The position numbers and the translations under genes are program-made. Source: Solobacterium sp. (GTDB lineage: Bacteria > Bacillota_I > Bacilli_A > Erysipelotrichales > Erysipelotrichaceae). From it: a stretch of 64,000 bases of DNA. The notes under the pieces were generated by a model. It was not told where the DNA came from. It did no database searches and saw only the letters and a list, made by a program, of their open reading frames with translations. Shown piece by piece: positions 1-10,576 of this stretch (position 1 is the first letter of the stretch; every line of letters starts with the position of its first letter). The stretch spans positions 18,398 through 82,397 of the forward strand of contig JAFRHT010000116.1 of the NCBI GenBank assembly GCA_017433125.1, given 5' to 3'.

Positions 1-311
1 TATGTGCATTTTTATTTACACAGGAAGAAAAAAATGTCCAAATTGCAGTACTGCACAAGTAAAAAAGGATGTTAGGAATTCCGCTGGTATTGATTCCCGC
101 AATACCCCCAAACACAAAGGCATACATCATGCCAGTGATAAAGGGGTTAAGAAAGATCCACATTGGGCCGAGAATTGTCTGTTTATAGGTCAAGGCAAAA
201 GTACGCTTGGTAAACAGAATAATTAAATCCCTGTATTCCCATACCTCTTTCAGATTCAGTTCAAACCATTTTTTCTTGGATGTTATGTGTGTGTGATGTA
301 ACTGCGACATT
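1..311 (-). CDS. ABC-2 type polysaccharide/teichoic-acid exporter permease (Wzm/TagG-like), 5' part only; the gene runs off the left edge
   Basis: Hand translation of the minus strand from ATG 311..309 gives MSQLHHTHITSKKKWFELNLKEVWEYRDLIILFTKRTFALTYKQTILGPMWIFLNPFITGMMYAFVFGGIAG... This is the typical ABC-2 permease N-terminus (K-R-x-F-x-x-x-Y-K-Q-x-x-LG-x-x-W). It is absent from the ORF track because there is no stop inside the window. Confidence 0.7.
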
Positions 312-320
312 TTTTTAATC

Positions 321-1322
321 CTATTTATTCATGAACTTCTTATATTTTACATACAAATCCATAATATGAAAGCTCTTCGTTTTTAGTATTGTTTTGTACT
401 TTTCACTTTCATCGGCATACAATTCATCAACAAAATCCAAGGAATTGAGGAACCATGTTTGCATATATAAGTGTTTTACAATGCCTCTCTTAGCAAAATA
501 ATTGCTTAACGACACATTCAATATCGGTTTATAAATCTGACCTAATCTCACGGAAACCCATCTCTGCGCAGTAACTTGGCCTGTCATATCAGAAAGCTTA
601 GAAGCAATTCTACTGTATACGGTTTCCAGTTTATCTATCAGTACTGTGTCATTAAAATTCGATGTTAACGATCCGTTTTTACGGACAACATAATGATACT
701 TTGATCTTTCAATAAACTTTATCAATGAGACTTGTTTCAGGAGTTGCACAACAAAGAGAGTATCTTCTCCCATATCCATCCCTTCACAGAAAATCACATT
801 TCCATCAAGTATCAAAGATCTTCTGATTGATTTCCCCCATACCGTATTTAATCTGCCTTCGACAAATGGTCTACATAAAGCAGCATAATCTTTTTCAATC
901 AGAATTGTTTCATCTGGATAGCTGATAATCTTTTTACTGTTACCGTCCATATCTTCAAGTATGTATCCGCCAACAATCAAGTCTGCATGGTCATCTGTCA
1001 TGAACGCACTCAGATAATCCGAATCAACATAATCATCACTGTCAACAAAAACAAGATAGTCACCAGAAGACAGTTCAATCCCTTTATTTCTGGCCGACGA
1101 AACGCCTTTGTTGCTTTGAGAGAACAGTATTATCCGAGAATCCTGCTGAGCAGAATCCTGACAAATCGAAAAACTTGAATCTGCCGATCCATCATCTATC
1201 AGTATTAATTCAAAATCCTCAACAGTCTGCTTCAGTATTGAATTAATGCATCTTTCAATTGTCTGTTCCGCATTATATACAGGAACAATTACACTAAACA
1301 ACGGCATTTCAAGTTTTCCCAA
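321..1322 (-). CDS. Family 2 glycosyltransferase (GT-A)
   Basis: 333 aa. FSVIVPVYNAEQTIERCINSILKQTVEDFELILIDDGSADSS plus VDSDD are canonical GT2 motifs. Confidence 0.85.
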   Translation of the reverse strand: MGKLEMPLFSVIVPVYNAEQTIERCINSILKQTVEDFELILIDDGSADSSFSICQDSAQQDSRIILFSQSNKGVSSARNKGIELSSGDYLVFVDSDDYVDSDYLSAFMTDDHADLIVGGYILEDMDGNSKKIISYPDETILIEKDYAALCRPFVEGRLNTVWGKSIRRSLILDGNVIFCEGMDMGEDTLFVVQLLKQVSLIKFIERSKYHYVVRKNGSLTSNFNDTVLIDKLETVYSRIASKLSDMTGQVTAQRWVSVRLGQIYKPILNVSLSNYFAKRGIVKHLYMQTWFLNSLDFVDELYADESEKYKTILKTKSFHIMDLYVKYKKFMNK

Positions 1323-1328
1323 TAAATA

Positions 1329-2507
1329 CTATTCACCCAGATATTCATATAATACATTAAGAGAATCTGACTCCATCATTTCCATATGTTGTAATGTGTT
1401 TCTTGATAATTGCTGCCTTAACTCGTTTGAACGCATGAGTTTTTTTATTTCCTCAGCGATAACATCCGGATCAAAACTGTTTACAATCAATGCGTCAAAA
1501 CCATTGATAAACTGCTCATTCATACCGGCAACATTTGTTGTCACTATCGGTTTTCCCAAGATTTTCGCTTCCATAGTAGATGTACAGAATCCTTCGCTTA
1601 ATGACGGTTGGATATAGACATCGCAGTTCTTTATATATGGGTATGGATTAGCAACATTGCCCAGCAAAATTACGATATTCCCCAATTCATATTCATTAAT
1701 TTTATTCTGAAGATCTTCTTTTTGCTGCCCGTCTCCCAAGACCAGCCAGGTAAAATCAAATCCACTATTCCTCAGATTTCGGACAATATCCGGAATCATC
1801 ATTTGTCCTTTCTCTGGCGCAATACGTCCGACAGTACAAAGGATAATGTCATTATCACAATATCTTTCAATTGATTCTTCACTCTGCTTCCGTATTTCAT
1901 CCTGATCAAACAGATTATAAAGAGTCATCGTTTTTTCTCTCATGCCGTAATGTTTTACAAAGTGTTCCTGAAGATCTTTGGAAACACAGAAAATTCTGTC
2001 AAATGCCCTATATTCTTCTCTGAATGATTCCGCTTGTTTTTCTGTATGATGAAACTTCATATGGATCCAGGCAACTTTCTTTTTTGCTCTGATCCTGCCC
2101 AAAGCAACAGCGAGCAGCTGCATATACAGTCCTTGGTAAACAATTACGCAGTCATACTCTTCCTCCGTCAACAACGGCAGCGAATAAATATGATATTTTA
2201 AGTTATCTTCGAATGAATCTATCGACTCTCGTGATTGTTTTCTGTACTGCAAAGACCTGATTAACCGGGCAATCTGAAAATGCTGTATATAGTATTTAAG
2301 CAGTCCCTTTCCGTCATATTCGCTGTTGGAAAAGTAACTGACTTTTACATGTGGGTCGATCTGTGACTGCAATAATCCGGTTCCATCCATCAGCCAGAGC
2401 GTTACATCCAGTTTTTGATAATCCAAAAACTTCAGCATCGTTACCAATGCCTTCTCAGTTCCGCCGAGATTCAGTTTGTCATGGATGATTGCAATCTTTT
2501 TTTTCAT
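1329..2507 (-). CDS. Family 4 (group 1, GT-B) glycosyltransferase
   Basis: 392 aa. N-terminal KKIAIIHDKLNLGGTEKALV and C-terminal YIQPSLSEGFCTSTMEAKILGKPIVTTNVAGMNE (E-x7-E region). Confidence 0.85.
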   Translation of the reverse strand: MKKKIAIIHDKLNLGGTEKALVTMLKFLDYQKLDVTLWLMDGTGLLQSQIDPHVKVSYFSNSEYDGKGLLKYYIQHFQIARLIRSLQYRKQSRESIDSFEDNLKYHIYSLPLLTEEEYDCVIVYQGLYMQLLAVALGRIRAKKKVAWIHMKFHHTEKQAESFREEYRAFDRIFCVSKDLQEHFVKHYGMREKTMTLYNLFDQDEIRKQSEESIERYCDNDIILCTVGRIAPEKGQMMIPDIVRNLRNSGFDFTWLVLGDGQQKEDLQNKINEYELGNIVILLGNVANPYPYIKNCDVYIQPSLSEGFCTSTMEAKILGKPIVTTNVAGMNEQFINGFDALIVNSFDPDVIAEEIKKLMRSNELRQQLSRNTLQHMEMMESDSLNVLYEYLGE

Positions 2508-2513
2508 AGCTTT

Positions 2514-3470
2514 TTATACAGGAAATATTATCCTCGACAATGTATTTGTATATCGGAACACCAGATACCTGTCATGGTTAGTTAACAGTCCCAAATCCTT
2601 CAGCTGTTTTGCACATTGTTTTATAAGTGCTTTATCTTTGGAATCAAGTGAATGGCCAAATCTGAGTCTTGCAAAGCGCTTTTCTACATCAGGAATGTAT
2701 TTCATCAATTCGGCATCATTGGTTCTTTTGATAGTATTAATAACTATCTCCTGAAAATCATATAACTGCTGTACATGTTTTCTGGGTTCATCAATACTAT
2801 GTGAGTGACTGTCGGAGAAAAAGTAGTATTTATATAAAACCTCATCGATATACCCTGGACTTCCGTACCAGGAACAGGGAATCAGCATCTGCGCGTTCTG
2901 TCCGCCTCTTCCCGTAAATATCTCCCGGTCAGTTACTACACTGTCAAAAAAGGCACATCTGACCATATACGCTCCAGGCATAAAGTATCCGTCTCTGGAG
3001 AAAACAATACTTTCAGTAATCGCTTTCTTGTCATATTTGACTTTGGGTTTATGCAACACATCTTCATTACTTGAAGTGTTAATTGAAACATAATTGCAGA
3101 CACAATAATCGCATTGCGGATTATTCTCCAGAAAAGACACTTTCTTTTCCAGACAGTCTTCTGTCATCTGATCATCCACATCAATCCACGAAAGATATTC
3201 ACCGGTCACGTACTTCAATCCACAGTTCAGAGCGTAAGCCTGCCCTCTGTTCTCCGGATATGAAACAAATTCAAACTTGATTCCCGCATCTTTCAGTATT
3301 GGCGCAAACGATCGAACAACATCTTCCGTGTGATCAGATGAACCATCATTGACAAGTATCAGTTCAATTGTTTTATAGGTCTGAGAAAAAACAGAATCAA
3401 AATATGCAGACAGGTGCTTCTCTGCATTAAAACAAGGGGTGACAATACTTACCAGTTTCTGTCGATTCAT
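2514..3470 (-). CDS. Family 2 glycosyltransferase
   Basis: 318 aa. VSIVTPCFNAEKHLSAYFDSVFSQTYKTIELILVNDGSSDHT and WIDVDD. Confidence 0.85.
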   Translation of the reverse strand: MNRQKLVSIVTPCFNAEKHLSAYFDSVFSQTYKTIELILVNDGSSDHTEDVVRSFAPILKDAGIKFEFVSYPENRGQAYALNCGLKYVTGEYLSWIDVDDQMTEDCLEKKVSFLENNPQCDYCVCNYVSINTSSNEDVLHKPKVKYDKKAITESIVFSRDGYFMPGAYMVRCAFFDSVVTDREIFTGRGGQNAQMLIPCSWYGSPGYIDEVLYKYYFFSDSHSHSIDEPRKHVQQLYDFQEIVINTIKRTNDAELMKYIPDVEKRFARLRFGHSLDSKDKALIKQCAKQLKDLGLLTNHDRYLVFRYTNTLSRIIFPV

Positions 3471-3471
3471 T

Positions 3472-4632
3472 CTAGTCCCTCAAATAACCATCCAGAACCG
3501 TCTTCAGCATTTCTGCTTTGGCAATGTATTCAGGCATCATGTGCTGATACTTTTGCCTGATGTCATCAGCGTGATTTTCCAGCCAGATATATGCACTCAA
3601 AAGATCATTTTCACTCGCTAATGACTGGACAGGCAACACATAGTTTTTATCTGTCCCGAACAAGTCACTGGCAATTCCAACAGCTTTGTTCGAATATCCA
3701 ACTACAAGTGTAGGCACCTGAGTAGAATACGCGGCAATCGTTGAATGTGTTCTTGCACCAATAAACAATCTGCATCCGGAGATGACATTCTTCAGCTGCA
3801 TGCAATTTTGATCCGGGATCAGGAATACACGGCCTGTATCATTGTACTGACTGTAAAGTTTTTGCAGCGGTACGCGGTCATCATTGTGAGACCATACAAC
3901 GTGCGGAATCAGAGCAATATTGTCATCCGAGTTTTTCAGAATATGCTCAATCAAGTTCGCATAATTCTTTAGTGTGATCCCCTCAGTTTTTTCATGTGAC
4001 TGTATCATCGGACTGACATTAATTCCCACATACATCCCATACTCTAATCCTTCAGGCATCAATCCCTTTTTCTGTCCTAGGAGAAAAGCAGGATCCGGAC
4101 ATAATTTCGTGTTGGAATTAATGCATTTTAGAACTTCATATGAACTGCTTTCCCGGGCAATAATAAGATCATATTCTTTCAGGTCAGTTTTCATCCGTTC
4201 AGTCAAAGAATCTGGTTCAATTGAGCATCCCCAGAGTACTGTCTTTGCCCCTTTTTGCCTTGCACAGTGGTTAACAAGATAGATGTATTCATTATCACCG
4301 TAGCAGTAATTGTCACCACCAATGGACAGCAGTACAGTTCTCTGATCACATGACGAAATGATCGGGTCAAAGTACAATTCATCAAATGATGCTGCATTAC
4401 CGCGCTTATTGCGGATTAATGCATTGATATATTTCAACGAAAAATGGCTAGCTGTCTTTACAGGTTTTTTTATTGTATATTCGGCACTTCCAAGGTAAAA
4501 ATAATCTTCTTCAGGATTCTCTGAAAACAGTATAATCTCATTTTTTTTCAATAAGCCAGTTGTTGTCCGGACAATTGCCTCACAGCCGTGATTTCCGCTC
4601 CCTCCGTGAGGATACATTACGATTCTGCTCAT
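3472..4632 (-). CDS. Polysaccharide pyruvyl transferase family protein
   Basis: 386 aa. YPHGGSGNHGCEAI, SIGGDNYCYG, ARESSSYE and CPDPAFLL match my recollection of the CsaB/WcaK-type pyruvyl transferase family. Confidence 0.75.
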   Translation of the reverse strand: MSRIVMYPHGGSGNHGCEAIVRTTTGLLKKNEIILFSENPEEDYFYLGSAEYTIKKPVKTASHFSLKYINALIRNKRGNAASFDELYFDPIISSCDQRTVLLSIGGDNYCYGDNEYIYLVNHCARQKGAKTVLWGCSIEPDSLTERMKTDLKEYDLIIARESSSYEVLKCINSNTKLCPDPAFLLGQKKGLMPEGLEYGMYVGINVSPMIQSHEKTEGITLKNYANLIEHILKNSDDNIALIPHVVWSHNDDRVPLQKLYSQYNDTGRVFLIPDQNCMQLKNVISGCRLFIGARTHSTIAAYSTQVPTLVVGYSNKAVGIASDLFGTDKNYVLPVQSLASENDLLSAYIWLENHADDIRQKYQHMMPEYIAKAEMLKTVLDGYLRD

Positions 4633-5192
4633 ACAATATATCCTGCTGAAGCTTCCAGCTTTTCTATCATTTCCTGCTTTTTTTCGTCTGTTATCGAGTT
4701 AATTTGATAGCTCTTGTCAAATTTAACACCTTGCTGCAGTTCTGCTCTTTTTCTGGCCATGTATTCTGTAAAAGATGTTATTACTGCACATGGGTTGCCT
4801 GCAGCCACACTGTCACCGGGAATATCTTTTGTCACCACACTGCCTGCCCCGATAATCACATTATCTCCGATTGTTACTCCGGGCAGTATAATTGATCCCG
4901 CGCCCACAAACACATTATTGCCGATCCTGACCTTGGCAATCCGTGTATATCCAAGTTCTCTTTTTGTGCTTGCATCATGCGCCAGCACATGAACTCTTGG
5001 CGCCAGTGTTACATCATCACCAACTTCAATCAGCCAGCAGTGGCCTGGATCAATAATAACTTCGCCCATAAAGGCACATCTTTTACCATGTTTAAAACCG
5101 TTTGCTTCAGCGATCTCAATCTGAGATCTGTCATCGACATGGAGAAGATTCTTTTTCAAACTTTTATATATTTTCTGAGCAATGTCGGTCAT
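4629..5192 (-). CDS. Hexapeptide-repeat (LbH) O-acetyltransferase
   Basis: 187 aa. Repeated [LIV]-G-x4 hexapeptides (IGNNVFVGAGSIILPGVTIGDNVIIGAGSVVTKDIP). 4-nt overlap with the upstream gene. Confidence 0.8.
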   Translation of the reverse strand: MTDIAQKIYKSLKKNLLHVDDRSQIEIAEANGFKHGKRCAFMGEVIIDPGHCWLIEVGDDVTLAPRVHVLAHDASTKRELGYTRIAKVRIGNNVFVGAGSIILPGVTIGDNVIIGAGSVVTKDIPGDSVAAGNPCAVITSFTEYMARKRAELQQGVKFDKSYQINSITDEKKQEMIEKLEASAGYIV

Positions 5193-6160
5193 TATCTTCT
5201 CCTTTCAATCATCGCAGCTGCGGTTAGCAGATTAACCAGTTTATGTTTTATCAGAAACGTCTGCCACTTTGAATACTTTCCTGTGTCTGCCTTATCGAAC
5301 GACCAGTTTGCGAGCTTGTTTGCTGTTATTCCGCGGTAATACTCCTTTGTTTCACCTACAGTCAGTTTACAGTCTTGACGGAACATCAAGCACACTGAAT
5401 TGATAATTGTATCGAAAATACGATCACTTATATACTTGCCTATTTCAGGAGTAAGCATTTCTTTGGATTCAAACCATTCAAGCAGAGCCTGGTTGAGTTC
5501 CATATCATTCTCGAACATATTCCACCGAACTCTTGTCGACAGGGAATCTGACCGTCTGCAGTAATAATACATCTGCCGGTTAACAAAACAGATTTTGTCA
5601 ATTTTGTCTAAATACTTCAGGTTGAACAGCAAATCCTCTCCATACTGACGACTTTCGGGAAATCTGATATCTCCGATCAAATCTGCTTTATACAGCTTTT
5701 GTGTCGGTCCGAAAATCAGATGGTTCCCGCATAGAAACAGTATCTGTTCAATGTGGTCTTTCGAAATGCCGATGCAGAATTCTTCTGCATTATTGTGGTT
5801 ACTCAAAGGGGACACGGCAAGATCCGCCTTGTTGTCGGTCATTTGTCTGAGCAACACTTCAATCAGCTCGTTATTGACATAATCATCGCTGTCTACAAAT
5901 GATATGTATTTACCTTCAGCGTGTTCCAGTCCTTGATTACGCGCAAAGGAGACACCGTGGTTGTCAAAATGGAATACTCTGATACGTGAATCCATTTCTG
6001 CATATCTTCTGCAAACAGAAAGGCTGTTATCTTCTGAACCATCATCTACCATGATTATTTCAACGTTTTTATATGTCTGGGCAATCAAAGAATCAACACA
6101 TCTTTCCAGCTTATCTTCAGCATTGAAAACCGGAACAATAATACTTACCAGATCACTCAT
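5192..6160 (-). CDS. Family 2 glycosyltransferase
   Basis: LVSIIVPVFNAEDKLERCVDSLIAQTYKNVEIIMVDDGSEDNS and VDSDD. The ORF-track start at 6175 is a TTG; I prefer the ATG at 6160 (Met-6), which overlaps the upstream stop by 8 nt. Confidence 0.85.
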   Translation of the reverse strand: MSDLVSIIVPVFNAEDKLERCVDSLIAQTYKNVEIIMVDDGSEDNSLSVCRRYAEMDSRIRVFHFDNHGVSFARNQGLEHAEGKYISFVDSDDYVNNELIEVLLRQMTDNKADLAVSPLSNHNNAEEFCIGISKDHIEQILFLCGNHLIFGPTQKLYKADLIGDIRFPESRQYGEDLLFNLKYLDKIDKICFVNRQMYYYCRRSDSLSTRVRWNMFENDMELNQALLEWFESKEMLTPEIGKYISDRIFDTIINSVCLMFRQDCKLTVGETKEYYRGITANKLANWSFDKADTGKYSKWQTFLIKHKLVNLLTAAAMIERRR

Positions 6161-7334
6161 GCCCGGCCCCCTCAATAAACAGTTGCTGTATTAATTCTGT
6201 CTGCCTTGAAATATCAAATAACTCTGCCTGGTAGAAACAATGCTCACGATAATCATTCAGCATCAACGGTTCATCCAGAACTGATTTCATCATGTGATAA
6301 ATACTTTCTTCATCATTGTCACAAATCAATCCATATTCCGGACCGCCAAGGATGGATTCCACCCCGTCAAAATATGTAGCCAAAACCGGCAGACCGCATG
6401 TCATGGCTTCAATCATCGCTAGTCCGAAACCTTCAGATAAAGAAGTACTAACAAACAGGTCACTGATTTTGAAATATTTATACGGATTATCCTGCGCTCC
6501 AAGTAGTTTTACACTATCATTCAAACTGAAAGAATCAATCATTGATGACAGCTTTTCTTTTTCTCCGCCATCACCGATCATCAGAATCAGGAACCGATAT
6601 CCTTCCCTGTTAAGTCTGTCTGCTACGCGGATCAATCTGTCATAACCTTTGACAGGCACCAGTCGTCCGACCGTAATAAACGTAAACAAGTTTGATCTGA
6701 TTAAGCCACAGTCTTCTGTTGCTTTTTCTCTGATTTCGGAAATATCAATACCATTATGAATTGTCCTGCATGGTACACCTTTGATGTACTTCAGAAATGA
6801 CTTCGTTACAAATTCAGAAACACCGACCACACAATCAAACCTGTTATATATATGCTGTATTTTCGCAATGTAATCATCTGTTGCGTCCTGGTAAAGCCTG
6901 TCATTATTTGTGTGCAGCCATGCGATCTTCATGGACTTTTTATTAGTAGAATGTGAAACAAACTCAGTCGGCAGGCCTTCATAAAAAGCCACTTCAATAT
7001 CATAGTCATCTCTTATCAGCGACTTATAAACAAAGCTCTTGTCTATGTGTGCATATGCACGGTTAAATAATCGATACTTAAGTTTATTGCCGTTGTCTAC
7101 CAACGTACAGATTTTTACCCTGTCATTAACTAATGTCCGCAGATCGTATGTGGATGCAGTTGGGTAAACACTCTTTTTAAACAGAGAAACAATCGTAATA
7201 TCAAAAACTTCGGCATCCATGTGATTGACGATATCAACCAGCATCTTCTCAGCACCGCCGCGTATCATTGATTCAATATAAAAAGCAACCTTTATCATTG
7301 CTGAAATTATACTATATTGCTGTTTTGCACTCAA
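6153..7334 (-). CDS. Family 4 glycosyltransferase
   Basis: 393 aa. IKVAFYIESMIRGGAEKMLV and STSLSEGFGLAMIEAMTCGLPVLAT. The start is uncertain (TTG 7334 or ATG 7298). Confidence 0.85.
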   Translation of the reverse strand: MSAKQQYSIISAMIKVAFYIESMIRGGAEKMLVDIVNHMDAEVFDITIVSLFKKSVYPTASTYDLRTLVNDRVKICTLVDNGNKLKYRLFNRAYAHIDKSFVYKSLIRDDYDIEVAFYEGLPTEFVSHSTNKKSMKIAWLHTNNDRLYQDATDDYIAKIQHIYNRFDCVVGVSEFVTKSFLKYIKGVPCRTIHNGIDISEIREKATEDCGLIRSNLFTFITVGRLVPVKGYDRLIRVADRLNREGYRFLILMIGDGGEKEKLSSMIDSFSLNDSVKLLGAQDNPYKYFKISDLFVSTSLSEGFGLAMIEAMTCGLPVLATYFDGVESILGGPEYGLICDNDEESIYHMMKSVLDEPLMLNDYREHCFYQAELFDISRQTELIQQLFIEGAGHE

Positions 7335-7343
7335 AAAATGTCA

Positions 7344-8240
7344 CTAAATATACTGCCTGTATTGCTTCTTTCTGCGCAGTGAAAGCAAATAAGCTGCCGG
7401 TGTGCAGACAAATGCCTTAACAGGCGCATTGCTCTTGAAAATGTATTCCCAGTGATGCCCCAGCATTAACTGTGTTGTCATCTGCAGAACAGTCTTCCAA
7501 TTTGCAGTATCCTGGCTTTTTATCTGCATATTAAACAATCGTGCATAACCAATCGGATTATCTCTCATCAATCGCCATGACTGCTTTGTCAGACCATCCG
7601 GAAGATACTCGCAAATGTAGATAATGTCTTCATGCCAGCGCAATTTATAGCCATCATATGCAATCTGATCCCAGACAGTCGCTTCCGGCACAAATTTCTC
7701 ACCAGGAAAAACATCAAATGGATACATCTTCAAAATTTCTGTCCGATACACTTCAGCCATGTCTGCACTTAATCCGTATTGATCTCTCTCCAGATTAGTT
7801 GCATCGATGTATCCTTCCGGAAAGTGGATCTCTTTTCCCGAAACTGGTGTTTGTGGATCTAAGCCTTTCACTCCAGATATACCTGCATAGTGTTCATCAA
7901 CTTCTATATCGTTAATCCATTGATTGATTTTCTTGACTGTATCAGGAAGCAGGTAATCATCGGAGTCAACGAGAAATATGTATTCCGTATCGACCATTGA
8001 AACAGCTAGATTAACAGCCCGCTGTTTCCCGCCATTCTCTGTTTTTACATACTTGAAAGGAAACTGGAGATTACTTTTTTTGAGATCACTGAAAATGCTT
8101 GCCGTATTGTCTGTAGAGCCGTCATCGATTACAAGCCATGAAAAGCGATAATCAGTCTGCGCCAGAATTGATTCAATCAAACGTCGAATAATATATCCCC
8201 TGTTATATGTTGGAGTGACAATCGTGACTCTATTCATCAA
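7344..8240 (-). CDS. Family 2 glycosyltransferase
   Basis: 298 aa. VTIVTPTYNRGYIIRRLIESILAQTDYRFSWLVIDDGSTDNT and VDSDD. Confidence 0.8.
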   Translation of the reverse strand: MMNRVTIVTPTYNRGYIIRRLIESILAQTDYRFSWLVIDDGSTDNTASIFSDLKKSNLQFPFKYVKTENGGKQRAVNLAVSMVDTEYIFLVDSDDYLLPDTVKKINQWINDIEVDEHYAGISGVKGLDPQTPVSGKEIHFPEGYIDATNLERDQYGLSADMAEVYRTEILKMYPFDVFPGEKFVPEATVWDQIAYDGYKLRWHEDIIYICEYLPDGLTKQSWRLMRDNPIGYARLFNMQIKSQDTANWKTVLQMTTQLMLGHHWEYIFKSNAPVKAFVCTPAAYLLSLRRKKQYRQYI

Positions 8241-9363
8241 GCATTCTTTCTACTGCTGCCAAATCTCCCAGCAGTCTGGATTTATTTGTTTCTTTCTCGA
8301 TTTCAGTTCTATAATAGGCCAGTTTTTCAGGATGAAGAATGGCCTGCTCAAGCATTGTTTTTAGAGATTGATCATCATTCGGAACAATCTCTCCATACGC
8401 ATGGCCGTCAAGTAATTCATGCATGCCTGAGCACTCAACAGTCAGTACAGGTGTATTCATAAGAAGGCTTTCAATTGCCGCTGTGCTGTAACCCTCTGCA
8501 TATGAAGAACAGACAAATGCATCTGCCTGTTTCAGATACTTGTATGGATTGCTCTGGAATCCCAATAACTGTACTTTGTCTTCCAGATGATTATCCAGAA
8601 TATACTTCTGAAGATCCTGTTTCTGAGAACCTTCTCCAACAATCCAGAATGCATATTCACAGCCTTCATGCGAGAGCTCATTCATGCATTTTAATAATCT
8701 GGGATAGCCTTTCTGTGCTTCCAATCTGCCAACAGCGATGAACTGTGGAGTAACTGTTTTGGCTATATCTGTTGTCTCATTTGATTTGTCCTTGATGTCA
8801 GAATAATCCAGGATATTGTGAATAACTGTCACGTTATCATTCATCCCATATTTTTCTGTAAATGATTCTTTTACTGTGTCTGAAACGCAGATGATTTCGC
8901 TGTATTTTCTATAACTGTCAATCTGTACGTTCAGATCTTTGTACGATTTATCAGCGTAACCGTTTTTCAGAACATCGATATGAACCCAGGCAATCTTTTT
9001 ACTGATGCTATTATTGGAGGCTGCGATCAGTTTTGTTGCAAAACCTTCTATAAAGGCAATTTCAACATCATACTTTTCATGGATGTATTTCCGATAGACA
9101 TCTTCTGCCGGCGCATTATATATGTACTTGATATTCAACCAGAAAAGCAGTTTTTTCAGTCCGCCGGCATGATAGTCTTTTGCAGACAGAAAAGACTGAT
9201 ATTTACATTCTGCTGCGATTGCTTCCTGATAAATATCTCCGTCAGTCACTGTCATGACAGTTATATCGTATTTTTTTTTATCCAAAGCTCTGACCAGATT
9301 AACCAGAGCTTTTTCTGCTCCGCCTCCAACCAGACTTTCAATAAAAATCAGTATTTTCTTCAT
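8230..9363 (-). CDS. Family 4 glycosyltransferase
   Basis: 377 aa. KKILIFIESLVGGGAEKALVNL and CSSYAEGYSTAAIESLLMNTPVLTVECSG. Confidence 0.85.
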   Translation of the reverse strand: MKKILIFIESLVGGGAEKALVNLVRALDKKKYDITVMTVTDGDIYQEAIAAECKYQSFLSAKDYHAGGLKKLLFWLNIKYIYNAPAEDVYRKYIHEKYDVEIAFIEGFATKLIAASNNSISKKIAWVHIDVLKNGYADKSYKDLNVQIDSYRKYSEIICVSDTVKESFTEKYGMNDNVTVIHNILDYSDIKDKSNETTDIAKTVTPQFIAVGRLEAQKGYPRLLKCMNELSHEGCEYAFWIVGEGSQKQDLQKYILDNHLEDKVQLLGFQSNPYKYLKQADAFVCSSYAEGYSTAAIESLLMNTPVLTVECSGMHELLDGHAYGEIVPNDDQSLKTMLEQAILHPEKLAYYRTEIEKETNKSRLLGDLAAVERMLDE

Positions 9364-9376
9364 TCTTCTTTCAATT

Positions 9377-10573
9377 TCAATCTGTCATTAGACAATTTAG
9401 TTTGTTCACTTCAGTTTTGTTTGTATAATCCCGTGCTTTACAACTGTCTGACAGTTCTTGCCATTTTTTACGATCAAGCAAAAGATCTGCAATTCCCTGA
9501 GCACAAAGTTGGTCGTTCATAGGAACGATGATTCCATCAATACCGTTTTCCAACTGACTGGCTGCCGTTGTAAAATCAGTAATCACCACTGGTTTGCCCA
9601 GCATCTGTGCCTCCCTGACAGTGACCGCTTTACCTTCATATCGACTTGGCTGCACATATAAATCACATGCCTTAATGTATGGATACGGGTTAACCTTTTT
9701 GCCAAGTACAACGACTTCCTCACCGACCTCGTGTTCCAGAATTTTCTCATTAATCAATTGTTCATCTCCCCCAAAGCCGATGATATACCACTTCACATTT
9801 GGAACACTTTGTTTTAGATGGGACATTATTGCAGGAATATGATCAAAATTCTTCTGATATGTAAATCTGCCAATAGACACGATTTTGTAGTTTTTCTCAT
9901 CGTACATTTCTATGGCTTCTTCCTCCGCCTGCTGCCTAATCATGGTCTCAGGGAGAATGTTTTCGACAACAATCACTTTGGATGCCAGAGATGGAAACAC
10001 CTCACAGAACGTCTTTTTTACACCCTCTGATACAGTTGCAATATAATCATACAGATCCCACATTTTCACTTCAGATTCAGCGTCCAGATGCATCTTTGTA
10101 TAATCTGTATGTACCCAGGCGATCTTCTTTTTTGCATTAATTCGTTTAGCTGTGACATAGTGCGGTGTCATGAAACTGATGGCCAGATCATAGGTTTCGT
10201 CACTAATCATCGGCATGATTTTCCAGGCATACTTCTGCTTGTATTCGATGTTTACGATAATGTCATTTGCGCCACGGAACCTTCTAGCGTAACGATTGCC
10301 TTTGAACTTCCCGTACAGCCTTCTCATACCGACCGCGAACTGTCCATTTGAAAATGCATTTTTGAGTGAACCTTCCAGCGCCTTGTATCTTGGATTTTCA
10401 GGCAGTAAATGAACCTGCTCCGGAATATATTTCAGCAATTCGCCACTGTGATCAAGCAAAAAAAGTGATACATCGTATTTTTCATAATCAAATGCTTCCA
10501 GAAGGCCGAGCAGACTTCTCTCTGCGCCCCCCAGATACATTGATGTCATAACGATAATCACTTTTTTCTTCAT
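9377..10573 (-). CDS. Family 4 glycosyltransferase
   Basis: 398 aa. KKVIIVMTSMYLGGAERSLLGL and YVQPSRYEGKAVTVREAQMLGKPVVITD. Confidence 0.85.
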   Translation of the reverse strand: MKKKVIIVMTSMYLGGAERSLLGLLEAFDYEKYDVSLFLLDHSGELLKYIPEQVHLLPENPRYKALEGSLKNAFSNGQFAVGMRRLYGKFKGNRYARRFRGANDIIVNIEYKQKYAWKIMPMISDETYDLAISFMTPHYVTAKRINAKKKIAWVHTDYTKMHLDAESEVKMWDLYDYIATVSEGVKKTFCEVFPSLASKVIVVENILPETMIRQQAEEEAIEMYDEKNYKIVSIGRFTYQKNFDHIPAIMSHLKQSVPNVKWYIIGFGGDEQLINEKILEHEVGEEVVVLGKKVNPYPYIKACDLYVQPSRYEGKAVTVREAQMLGKPVVITDFTTAASQLENGIDGIIVPMNDQLCAQGIADLLLDRKKWQELSDSCKARDYTNKTEVNKLNCLMTD

Positions 10574-10576
10574 AAG

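Noticed and set aside
2-226. 74-aa plus-strand ORF at the left edge
   Set aside because: It lies entirely antisense to a much better supported ABC-2 permease gene (minus strand, 1..311) and has no recognisable motif and no SD.
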